Shown here: piece by piece, positions 1 through 8,107 of the stretch
Layout: every line of letters begins with the position of its first letter
How positions within the stretch are numbered: the first letter of the stretch is position 1
Virus record (IMG/VR): IMGVR_UViG_3300010376_000695
Coordinates: 1 to 27,826 of that record
Strand: one strand, 5' to 3'
DNA: 27,826 nucleotides
Source: a virus
Taxonomy: Duplodnaviria; Caudoviricetes
The notes under the pieces: model-generated
What the model saw: only the letters and a program-made list of their open reading frames with translations
What the model was told of the DNA's origin: nothing
Database searches by the model: none
Position numbers and translations under genes: made by a program

Positions 1-474
1 CTGTGCGCTTAGACCTATAGATATCTGAGCCTGCTTATCAAAATATCCGTATGCACCTGGACCGGGAGTAAAGCGAGCAGGTGGAATATTCTGCTGTGCA
101 ATACTAGAGATATTCATTGAACTTGAATTAGTAGCGATTATAAATGTACCACAAGGAGCAGATGCCAGGGGACAAAGTGTTACCGTCCAACCGCTACCTG
201 CTGGAGATACTACATTATTGTTATAGACTGTGACATTGAAAGCGCCATTGGTATCAAGAGATCCGCGTTGATCCATAACACTTGGAGCTAGAGGTACACC
301 GTTTATATTATATTGTAAATTAGGCAAGTTCGGATTTGGCCTAAAGACAATTCGCCAGGTGCCGTTAGCCCATGCTACTAGATCACTGTCTACAACAGTT
401 GCAGAGACTACAGTATTCTGAGCAGCTATGCTACCAGCAGAGAATAGAAAGAACAGGAGTAAAAACTTCTTCAT
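1..474 (-). CDS. Exported protein with Sec signal peptide and tail-fibre/tailspike N-terminal-like beta domain (3' end outside the window; absent from the ORF track)
   Basis: Translated by hand: ATG at 474 preceded by GGAGG, open for 158 codons to the window edge. Sequence begins MKKFLLLFFLFSAGSIAA-QNTVVSATVVDSDLVAWANGTWRIVF...GSLDTNGAFNVTVYNN..SPAGSGWTVTLCPLASAPC. It has a basic n-region, a hydrophobic h-region and a small-residue cleavage site before Gln. The fibre-like call is inferred from the sequence pattern and position. Confidence 0.75.
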   Translation of the reverse strand, partial: MKKFLLLFFLFSAGSIAAQNTVVSATVVDSDLVAWANGTWRIVFRPNPNLPNLQYNINGVPLAPSVMDQRGSLDTNGAFNVTVYNNNVVSPAGSGWTVTLCPLASAPCGTFIIATNSSSMNISSIAQQNIPPARFTPGPGAYGYFDKQAQISIGLSAQ

Positions 475-482
475 GGAGCCTC

Positions 483-1790
483 CTAGCTGCTAATCCAGCT
501 TTCACGTTCTAGAAGTTCATAACGCTCTGCACAGGTCTTCTCTGTGTCTGTTCTATATTGCATGTTTGGAACTTGAATGCGATCCAGACGCTGTTTAACC
601 TTAGCAAATGCCTGTCCGATACTGTTCCCGCCAGCTACAGCTGCACCGATGTAACCATAGTTTCCGCTAGTTACTAGACCCTTACCATTTAACTTTACGT
701 CATACAGAAAGTACTCACAGAGTTGCTCTACGTCCTTTGGATCTATACCTTTAACAGGAATATCCTTTGCTCCAGGTATACGAATCTCAGTAGGATAAGG
801 AGGGATAGAGAAAGTAACTCCTGCTCCGAAGTTCCATTTCCATTTTAGAAGTGGTGTTTTACCAGAAGCCACAGCAAATAGTAAATCACCCCACCCAGCA
901 CCGTACATATGAGCAGAGATCGGACAACAGAGGTAGCCGAACCTTGGTCCCCATTCAAGGCCATATAACCTCCCATTTGCTACAATGGAGTTAAGATCAA
1001 TGATCCCTTTAAAGCCATAGGCCTGTAAAAGCCCTTTAGTCTTAGCAAGACCTTGCTTAAATAACGTGCTCTCAGGACTAAGAGTGAATACTAAGTCTCC
1101 AGCGCAGCCAGTATTTGGTCCCTTATTATCGTTCATGAATTTCTTATTTTCAATATTCCCGACGAGCAGATGAAAGTCCTCGCCATTAAATAGTCCTTCA
1201 ACTGATACCTCTGTACCTTCTATATACTCTTGCAAGATAAAAGGAGCTTGCTTCGCAGAGATAAAGAGTTTGTCCATAGCCGCGAGGAGATCCTCTGCAT
1301 TCTTGCTTACATAGGTTGTGGAGGTGTCTTGCTCTTGTCCACCGATAGTAAATGGTTTGTAGACGTATCGTTTTCCAGTCGTTTTAATAAATGCTTTAGC
1401 GTCACTAGGAGTATCAAAACGCTTGTAAGGAGGAACGTCAATTCCACAGCTAACCATTGTATCTAGCCCGAACTCACGATTGTCCTCAAGCTCATGCTCG
1501 AAACTTCCATCCCCCAGTGTAGGAACTTGCGCTTTTGACCACTGTGCCTGCTTTGGTCTACCTGTCATATCAAAGAGACTAAGGTCATAGTTCCTATATG
1601 AGGGATAACCGTAACCCAGTTGATGCCTTCTGTGATCCAGTGAGAGCATCTTAGGAGCAGGTATTAGACCAGATAGCACATCCTCGTACTCTGGCTTTGA
1701 GAGATAGTAATCTACCTTATGTCCCTCAGCCATTAGCCGGAGGACGAACCATGCTCCAAGACCAGAGAACGAGGACATTGCAATTCGCAC
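483..1790 (-). CDS. PurD (GAR synthetase)-like ATP-grasp ligase, divergent N-terminal domain
   Basis: ATP-grasp motifs YVYKP, ILQEYIEGTEVS, ENKKFMNDNKGPNTG (PurD DHKR...GPNTGGMG equivalent), GIIDLN, LEWGPRFG (EFNxRFG equivalent) and C-terminal MQYRTD. It lacks the GSGGREHA N-terminal motif of true PurD. GTG start. Confidence 0.85.
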   Translation of the reverse strand: MRIAMSSFSGLGAWFVLRLMAEGHKVDYYLSKPEYEDVLSGLIPAPKMLSLDHRRHQLGYGYPSYRNYDLSLFDMTGRPKQAQWSKAQVPTLGDGSFEHELEDNREFGLDTMVSCGIDVPPYKRFDTPSDAKAFIKTTGKRYVYKPFTIGGQEQDTSTTYVSKNAEDLLAAMDKLFISAKQAPFILQEYIEGTEVSVEGLFNGEDFHLLVGNIENKKFMNDNKGPNTGCAGDLVFTLSPESTLFKQGLAKTKGLLQAYGFKGIIDLNSIVANGRLYGLEWGPRFGYLCCPISAHMYGAGWGDLLFAVASGKTPLLKWKWNFGAGVTFSIPPYPTEIRIPGAKDIPVKGIDPKDVEQLCEYFLYDVKLNGKGLVTSGNYGYIGAAVAGGNSIGQAFAKVKQRLDRIQVPNMQYRTDTEKTCAERYELLERESWISS

Positions 1791-1797
1791 TTCGTAC

Positions 1798-1956
1798 CTA
1801 CTTCCCTTGGTGAGCTACTTTCTTGTCGATATCATCGCCCTTGGCAGCACCTTTCTTAGCATTGCGTTTGCCGCCAGCTTGACTTTGCGGATGCTGAATA
1901 CGCTCCTGCTGTGAGCAGGCTTCACTCAATGTGAGATTTGCTGATTGTCCAGCCAT
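1798..1956 (-). CDS. 52-aa Lys/Gln/Gly-rich peptide (below the ORF-track cutoff)
   Basis: Translated by hand: MAGQSANLTLSEACSQQERIQHPQSQAGGKRNAKKGAAKGDDIDKKVAHQGK*. AAGGAG SD about 9 nt upstream. It fills the gap between the 625-aa gene and the ATP-grasp gene almost exactly. Confidence 0.7.
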   Translation of the reverse strand: MAGQSANLTLSEACSQQERIQHPQSQAGGKRNAKKGAAKGDDIDKKVAHQGK

Positions 1957-1957
1957 G

Positions 1958-3835
1958 CTATCGTCTCCTTCTTCTGGGTTCGTTCTTTGGAACTAGATGC
2001 TCTGATGCCCAAGCTCCAAAGATAGGTATGGTCATATAACGTAGAAAGTCACGTTCTAGCGGTCGCCAAGGACGACGTTCCTCACCCTTTCTACGCCGAG
2101 TAGTTTTCTCCTCTGCTTCTCCCTTAAAACCACCTACAACATCTTCTACGATGCCAGTACCAACTCCAGGTACAGGACCGAGGATGTTACCAGCTAGGCG
2201 ATGATTAGCAGCAGCATGGATGTACTGCATAAATGCCCCTGCTGCTCCGAAGTGGCCTAGCAGATCAAGATAGGCTAAAGTAAAGTTTCCTATGCCTGTG
2301 GGATGAATTAGTGGTTGATAGTAACTGTCAAGCTGTTGCTTTGCTTTTGTAGGACTCGCTGTACGGACTAGTGTTTGTAGACTATAGAGCAGTGGAGCTG
2401 TAGCAGGAAAGAGTATTCCAACTACTCCTGCGAAATGAGCTATTCCAACATAGTCATTAGCAGCAGCCATCTTATGTAACTCTCTTGTGATAAAGTGACC
2501 TTCCTTTGTAACATAACCGTGAAACATGGAGGCTACACGCATGAAGGGACTCTTCTGAGCAAAGCGAGAACGATCCATTGGCCTATCAATAAACAGACGA
2601 TTATTCGTATAATGCCAGATAGCTTGAGACAGCTCATCATCTGTAAGATCGCCATTGCGCGCTATGATAGCTTGAGGATCAAGATGCATTTCATGCAGCT
2701 CTGCGATAGCTCGAAGATCACCTCTAACAGCTTGCTTTCCCCACATCTGCGCACTGTGATAAGCAGCAGAACCAAAGGTAGAAAGCTGTGCCATTCTAAC
2801 ATTATTAAAGAGAGGTTGGTGATATATCTTATGAATAAGAGCAGCGGCATTTGGCTGCTTAGTTAATTCAGCAAGGCGTCCAGTTCTATAGTTAAAGTCG
2901 TGATCATAAATTGAATGTTGTGTATGAAAGAAGATTCCGCTAGCTAGCTTCATCTGCTCCATGTGAGGATCACTGAAACTAGTTAATGTCTTCATTAGCA
3001 CTTGCGCTGGAGCCGTAGCGAGTTTGTAAAAGTCGGCCATATGACTCATAGCAATAAGAGGAGCAAGGAAATTCATAGAGTACTTGTGAGATAGTTGCTC
3101 TGCTGTTCCTCCTTTTATATATTCAGGAGCTACATTCATTGGAAAGACAAAGCCTTTTCCCTGAGCTTTACTCAGATAATATCTTTTGTACGTTTCAGTC
3201 ATATAGTCCTGAACGTCAGATTTGAGCTTACTCTGCATTACACCGAGTGCTCCCTTTTTTGCTCCTTCCTCATCTTTGAAGATTTGACTTAGAATCGCTA
3301 ATTGTGCCTCAGCCTTCGTCTGTCTAGTCCCTCCAGCTCTAATCTCAGGAAAGACTGTAGCTGCGAGATTAATACTATCTGGTCCGAAAGCTGCATTCAT
3401 TCCATGCATATTAGCTTCGCTGTGGAATTTAGACTCAAGTGCTTTTAGCGTCATTCCGTGATTATCAGGATCAGCCATTAAAGGAGCTAGAGCAGTTCTG
3501 CCAGGACTATTCTGCGGAAGAGAGTTGTGAATTGTTTGTAGATCTGAATTTCTATGCTGTGTCATGTGCATAGCTAATCCAGAATCTTTCTTCGTCTCAA
3601 CTTTGAACTTGTTTAGAGGAGCTTTTAACTGGTCACTGATGTCATTTCGCGCTTTGATACCTTTCTCAGCCATGCCATAAATTGCTTCTCCTGTAGGAGT
3701 TCCTTTGAATTCGCGATTCATGCTCCACAGCGAGTCGATAGCGAATTTCCCTATACCTCCTTTAGAACCTATATAATCGTAGGCTTTAGAGAATACATCT
3801 TCTCCCGCACGAGCTAGCGTTTCACCTATAGGCAT
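1958..3835 (-). CDS. Putative internal virion/DNA ejection protein with C-terminal hydrophobic helices
   Basis: 625 aa, helical, with hydrophobic segments (IAHFAGVVGILFPATAPLLYSL; FTLAYLDLLGHFGAAGAF). Last of the large post-tail genes, the usual position of podovirus ejection proteins. TAATG coupling to the upstream gene. Confidence 0.55.
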   Translation of the reverse strand: MPIGETLARAGEDVFSKAYDYIGSKGGIGKFAIDSLWSMNREFKGTPTGEAIYGMAEKGIKARNDISDQLKAPLNKFKVETKKDSGLAMHMTQHRNSDLQTIHNSLPQNSPGRTALAPLMADPDNHGMTLKALESKFHSEANMHGMNAAFGPDSINLAATVFPEIRAGGTRQTKAEAQLAILSQIFKDEEGAKKGALGVMQSKLKSDVQDYMTETYKRYYLSKAQGKGFVFPMNVAPEYIKGGTAEQLSHKYSMNFLAPLIAMSHMADFYKLATAPAQVLMKTLTSFSDPHMEQMKLASGIFFHTQHSIYDHDFNYRTGRLAELTKQPNAAALIHKIYHQPLFNNVRMAQLSTFGSAAYHSAQMWGKQAVRGDLRAIAELHEMHLDPQAIIARNGDLTDDELSQAIWHYTNNRLFIDRPMDRSRFAQKSPFMRVASMFHGYVTKEGHFITRELHKMAAANDYVGIAHFAGVVGILFPATAPLLYSLQTLVRTASPTKAKQQLDSYYQPLIHPTGIGNFTLAYLDLLGHFGAAGAFMQYIHAAANHRLAGNILGPVPGVGTGIVEDVVGGFKGEAEEKTTRRRKGEERRPWRPLERDFLRYMTIPIFGAWASEHLVPKNEPRRRRR

Positions 3836-4023
3836 TACTTCGTCTCCGGTGTTTCAGGAGGTCTGCTCTTTGACCAGATGTTACGAAGAGCACCTAAGAG
3901 AGCAGCGTCTCCTTGTTCAAGTCCCATCAGGAGTCTTGCTAGATCTTCAGCCGATACTCCTTGAGAAGGACGACCATACACGTTGTCAGAATCAGGCTCG
4001 GGATTTTTATTTTCCTGTGGCAT
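3835..4023 (-). CDS. Small hypothetical protein (62 aa)
   Basis: Overlaps the end of the 1372-aa gene and is TAATG-coupled to the 625-aa gene; GGAG upstream. Confidence 0.6.
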   Translation of the reverse strand: MPQENKNPEPDSDNVYGRPSQGVSAEDLARLLMGLEQGDAALLGALRNIWSKSRPPETPETK

Positions 4024-7000
4024 AGAATTTTTTCAACTCCGCTGTTTTGACTCCGAATACTGCTCCAAGTTCACTAAGAACATCTCCGCCATGCTCGTTC
4101 TTGATTACAGTGAGATAAGTCTTAGCAATTTGAAAAGCCTCTTCCTCTGGGATCTTTAAGTACTTTGGATCTACAACTACTGCTTTAATAGCAGCTTCAA
4201 GTACCTTAACTCTCGGATCAGCATCTCGATACAAGGCATCCATATAATTCAACATACCTTTAGAACGATTGACAGCTTGAATTACTTCATTATAACCCTT
4301 GTTTGATATATGATCTCGGATATCTCCTCTGCCAGCAGTTTTACGATCAGCAAGCCACCGCTGGAATCCATGACCCCATTCTTCTCTACGAGTGTTATGA
4401 ATATGCTCGTCAGGAATATGTGATCCGAGAAATGATACTCCGTGACTGGTATCAGGAGCAGCAGTAGCATGAAGCATAAGACCAGTTAGAAATGTTCTAT
4501 CAGCAAGAGTACCTCTTCCCGGTTCATTATAGATTCGATGTGCAATAGCTCTCACTGCATCTACATCTTGATTCATACCTAAAGGCGATTTAGTAGGACC
4601 GTGGTAATCTTGCCATCTAGTATGACCATCGTTGAACATAGCCATTAGCTTCTCAGGAAGATGAACCTCTGGACGACCTTCGGAAGTAAGTCTGAGCTGT
4701 CCATATTGTCCATAGTCTTTTAGAAGACTGGTATTTCCTACAAGGAACATAGAACCTAAACCAGTAGCAGGCCGACCATGTAGTGTTTCCCAGTTAGCTA
4801 TATCTCGAACAGCTTCCCAAGGATCTTTATACTTAACCCGCTTGTCAGCTTCTGCTTTAGTTGCTTTCTTAATTGCAGACCTAATACTCTCTGTCAGGAG
4901 TCTGGTTTTACCTTCTGCGCGCTCATTATAGGCTTTCACTCTGTCATCTGCCAGCGCAGTAAGAGCGCCATGAGCAGCTTTAGACTCTGGAGTATCTTTA
5001 GAGAACATTTTATCAATTACATCACGATCTTGTCTATCACGCTCTTCAAAAAGCTCCTGCATCCACTTTGTAGGTTCAACCCAATCTGTAGCTGTACTTC
5101 TGAAGATATTACTCTCCTTAGGCCATCTACCAGAAGAAAGCAGGTTATCTACATGATTCCACATTGTCAGAGCAATACGACGAGCCATTCCCATTTGCTC
5201 GCGAGGACTCCGTGTTTCACTGAAGAAACGATTCATCTTAGGAGCATCTTGGAAACGTCGCTCTAACTCCGCGGCCATTTCTGTAGGCATCGAATCCTTA
5301 TAGTTGTATGCAAAGGCGTAGAGATTCGTGTAGTCTCGGTCATCAGCCACCCCATTCTTCTCGAACCAGAGATCACCTTCTGTGAGCACCTTTGGGAGAA
5401 AGAAGGCTTGAAGATCGGCTGCAAAGTCGTCTTCACTGAGATCCTTAACCCATTGCCTGATATCTTCCGGCGTCCAATTCTTACTCGCTTTCTTAACAGC
5501 ATTCTTCGCATATACAACCCATTCAGGAACATAGGAGAATGAAACAGCATCTCCGCGTGCTCCTGTAGTTCTTCGAGTACGAGCAACCATTCTGCTATTT
5601 AATGGCTCAGGCTTAGAATCCTCAGCGCGTTGACGCGCATTCTTAGCACCTTCAGCTTTGCCTACAGGATCTGCGACAGCATGTTCCTCTGCTGCTTTAC
5701 CAGCTTCGAGTACAAGATCTCCCCACTTCTTTTGTATTGCAGCAGCCGCTTGCTCAGGTGTAGTATTCGGAGGAAGCTGCATTTGTGAGAGCAGATAGCG
5801 TTTAATATTCGCATCAAGAGTATCTGGAGGAAGAGCATTGAAACGCATTCTCAGAGCTTCTTGAAGAGTAGCTACATGCTTAGTCATACGACCAGAAGCA
5901 TCGTGAGCTAGAGCCTGAAGACGAGCTACTAACTGAACTTTGCCCTGATGATCAAGGCTGTTTAAGGGAGCATCTCGAACAGCATCTCGAATCCTCATTA
6001 CTTGATCAAGCAAGATTCGATCGCCATCCGAGCCATTTTCTAGCATGTTACGCTCGAAATCGCGCACTTGCTCAGGTGTTCGATCACTTGATTCCATGTC
6101 AAGGATATGCTGCATTGCTCCTTGTGTAACGGCTTCTTGACCTAGTACTCCATGTTTGGCTATAGTCTCAGCTACACCCGCCTCACTAACATCTCTAGCA
6201 ACTTCAGGAGGAACCTCTTCTCTTCCAGCATCTATTAGCTTTCCGCGATTTGAATGCTCTTGCAGAGCTTGATCTACAGCAGCAGGTTCTTCAACTACAG
6301 GAGCAGCAGGTCTACTATCGGGAGTTCTTGCTGGAGACTCAGGAACAGCAGGAGGAATTCCTCTGTATTGTGCTCGCGGATCAGTAGTTGAAATCTCACC
6401 TTGGCGAGTGCGAGCTTCCATAGAAGCAGGCATTCTAGTACGTCCCTCTGGAAGATCAACTGGTTCGCCTCTCCGAATCGCCTCGCCAATGGTCTTAGGG
6501 GCTACAACTCCTCTATAGGGAGCATCAACATAGCGTGGACCCTGCACTTCTGGAGGTTCTTCTGGTCCAACTCTAGGCTGACGTTCTAGTCGCTGCTGTG
6601 CTTTATAATCTCGTGCTTGCCCTTTAAGCGCAGAAGCATCTGCGGCTTCGTCGCGGAAACGCTGTGCTACATCTCCAAGGATTCTATCACCAGATGCAGA
6701 AGCTGCGCCCCTAACTCCGAGCTTGATTAGCTTGCCGCCGATAAACATAAATGGCGAGCCAGCTAGAGTGAGAACTGATCCAGCAGCTCCCCATTCAAGA
6801 GCATCTGTAACAGCTTTAGCCTTGTCTTTAGCAGGTCGAGTTAAACTATTGTAAATAAAGCCATCTCGCGCTCCGTGAAGCATTGCTTCTGCTACTCGTC
6901 CTGCTGTCGGAGAGCCATGCCAGTCTACAAGTGCTTTACGCCCTATCGACTGAAGCTCTCCTCCTCCCATTCCTGTAAGACCTAGTCCTTCTGTAGCCGC

Positions 7001-8107
7001 TTCTACAGCTACAAAAGGAATAGCTTGAACAGCGAGATTTGTTACAGCAGCGCGATAGGTACGAAGTGGAGTTAGCCTCTGGTACATTTCAGCTTCATTA
7101 GAATTATGATTAGCCCAGTTTTGTACCTTATGGAACATGCTCCAATAGCGACCTTCCTTCTCAGCTTCTTTAAAGAAATTCCAAGCTGGATGGCTTCTAT
7201 CATATTCTACTTGCTTCTGCCAACTATCATCTGTAATTTCCTGCGGCGCTTTGAAGAATTCATGACCGAATTGATTCCAGAAATGAGGACTTACAGCAGT
7301 TCCGACGATATCATTTACCGTCTTAATACCTTGAAAAGCCTCATTTAAAAGACCGTATGATCCATGCGCTAAACCGCTCCACCAACTATTCATATAGGTT
7401 TGGTTTATATCATATTCCTTCGCAAAATCTTGAGCATGTGCGAGCCATTGCTTTCGAGATGGTGCTTCCGTTCCTTTTATCATTTCTCCTTTTGTTCTAT
7501 TATAGAACGGCATTATCATTCGATCGTAGATGCCATTTAGGATCTTGGTCTTATCCGCATCGCTATATGGACCTTCATTCATATTCTGAATGATCTTCTG
7601 AGCGCGATACATATAGGAATTGAACATGTCAAATGGATTCTTTAATCTATCAGGATCAAAGTCAGTTCTTTTCAAGAACTCAACTTTCTTCGCGTCTTTC
7701 ATAGCATCGACACTGCTATAATCAACGCCAGTAGTATCTGCAGTTGCAGAGGGAGCAGGCTGAGGCGTAGGCGGAGGACGGTAGTTCATCCTCGTCCAGA
7801 TAGCTTGATTAATAGCAGCAGCTCGTTGTGCTAAAGGCGATGGAGATGCTCCTGGAATTAATCCTACTCTAGGGTTCGCCACCTGCTGTGGCTTCATCGT
7901 CCTCATCTTCTGTGGGATTTGCGACTGTTCCGGCTGCTGCTGGCGGAATGGTGATAGATGGAGTAATCCCCGTCGCTGGAGTCCCTCCTCCATACTGCCA
8001 CGGTTGATTGTTGAGTAGAGTTTCTGGACTTGTTGTTCCTCCAGTTGCTGGGACTGTGGAGAAGCTGGGAGGCTGTCCTGGGGCTGCGGCGTTGGCTGTT
8101 CCGGCAT
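4007..8107 (-). CDS. Large internal virion/ejection (polyvalent-type) protein, possible C-terminal zincin-like domain
   Basis: Long ORF; the likely start is ATG 8107 (MPEQPTPQ) with a GGAGG SD. It has a Gly/Ala-rich hydrophobic block (WGAAGSVLTLAGSPFMFIGG) and REEWGH near the C-terminus. It lies among the ejection genes. Confidence 0.6.
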   Translation of the reverse strand: MPEQPTPQPQDSLPASPQSQQLEEQQVQKLYSTINRGSMEEGLQRRGLLHLSPFRQQQPEQSQIPQKMRTMKPQQVANPRVGLIPGASPSPLAQRAAAINQAIWTRMNYRPPPTPQPAPSATADTTGVDYSSVDAMKDAKKVEFLKRTDFDPDRLKNPFDMFNSYMYRAQKIIQNMNEGPYSDADKTKILNGIYDRMIMPFYNRTKGEMIKGTEAPSRKQWLAHAQDFAKEYDINQTYMNSWWSGLAHGSYGLLNEAFQGIKTVNDIVGTAVSPHFWNQFGHEFFKAPQEITDDSWQKQVEYDRSHPAWNFFKEAEKEGRYWSMFHKVQNWANHNSNEAEMYQRLTPLRTYRAAVTNLAVQAIPFVAVEAATEGLGLTGMGGGELQSIGRKALVDWHGSPTAGRVAEAMLHGARDGFIYNSLTRPAKDKAKAVTDALEWGAAGSVLTLAGSPFMFIGGKLIKLGVRGAASASGDRILGDVAQRFRDEAADASALKGQARDYKAQQRLERQPRVGPEEPPEVQGPRYVDAPYRGVVAPKTIGEAIRRGEPVDLPEGRTRMPASMEARTRQGEISTTDPRAQYRGIPPAVPESPARTPDSRPAAPVVEEPAAVDQALQEHSNRGKLIDAGREEVPPEVARDVSEAGVAETIAKHGVLGQEAVTQGAMQHILDMESSDRTPEQVRDFERNMLENGSDGDRILLDQVMRIRDAVRDAPLNSLDHQGKVQLVARLQALAHDASGRMTKHVATLQEALRMRFNALPPDTLDANIKRYLLSQMQLPPNTTPEQAAAAIQKKWGDLVLEAGKAAEEHAVADPVGKAEGAKNARQRAEDSKPEPLNSRMVARTRRTTGARGDAVSFSYVPEWVVYAKNAVKKASKNWTPEDIRQWVKDLSEDDFAADLQAFFLPKVLTEGDLWFEKNGVADDRDYTNLYAFAYNYKDSMPTEMAAELERRFQDAPKMNRFFSETRSPREQMGMARRIALTMWNHVDNLLSSGRWPKESNIFRSTATDWVEPTKWMQELFEERDRQDRDVIDKMFSKDTPESKAAHGALTALADDRVKAYNERAEGKTRLLTESIRSAIKKATKAEADKRVKYKDPWEAVRDIANWETLHGRPATGLGSMFLVGNTSLLKDYGQYGQLRLTSEGRPEVHLPEKLMAMFNDGHTRWQDYHGPTKSPLGMNQDVDAVRAIAHRIYNEPGRGTLADRTFLTGLMLHATAAPDTSHGVSFLGSHIPDEHIHNTRREEWGHGFQRWLADRKTAGRGDIRDHISNKGYNEVIQAVNRSKGMLNYMDALYRDADPRVKVLEAAIKAVVVDPKYLKIPEEEAFQIAKTYLTVIKNEHGGDVLSELGAVFGVKTAELKKFYATGK

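Noticed and set aside
483-1790. Naming the gene purD or calling it a purine auxiliary metabolic gene
   Set aside because: Substrate-binding motifs differ from PurD and the context is structural; only the fold family is supported.
1958-1980. C-terminal RRRRR as a nuclear localisation or DNA-binding signal
   Set aside because: The Arg codons (AGA AGA AGG AGA) form the SD of the next 52-aa ORF, so the run may be a by-product.
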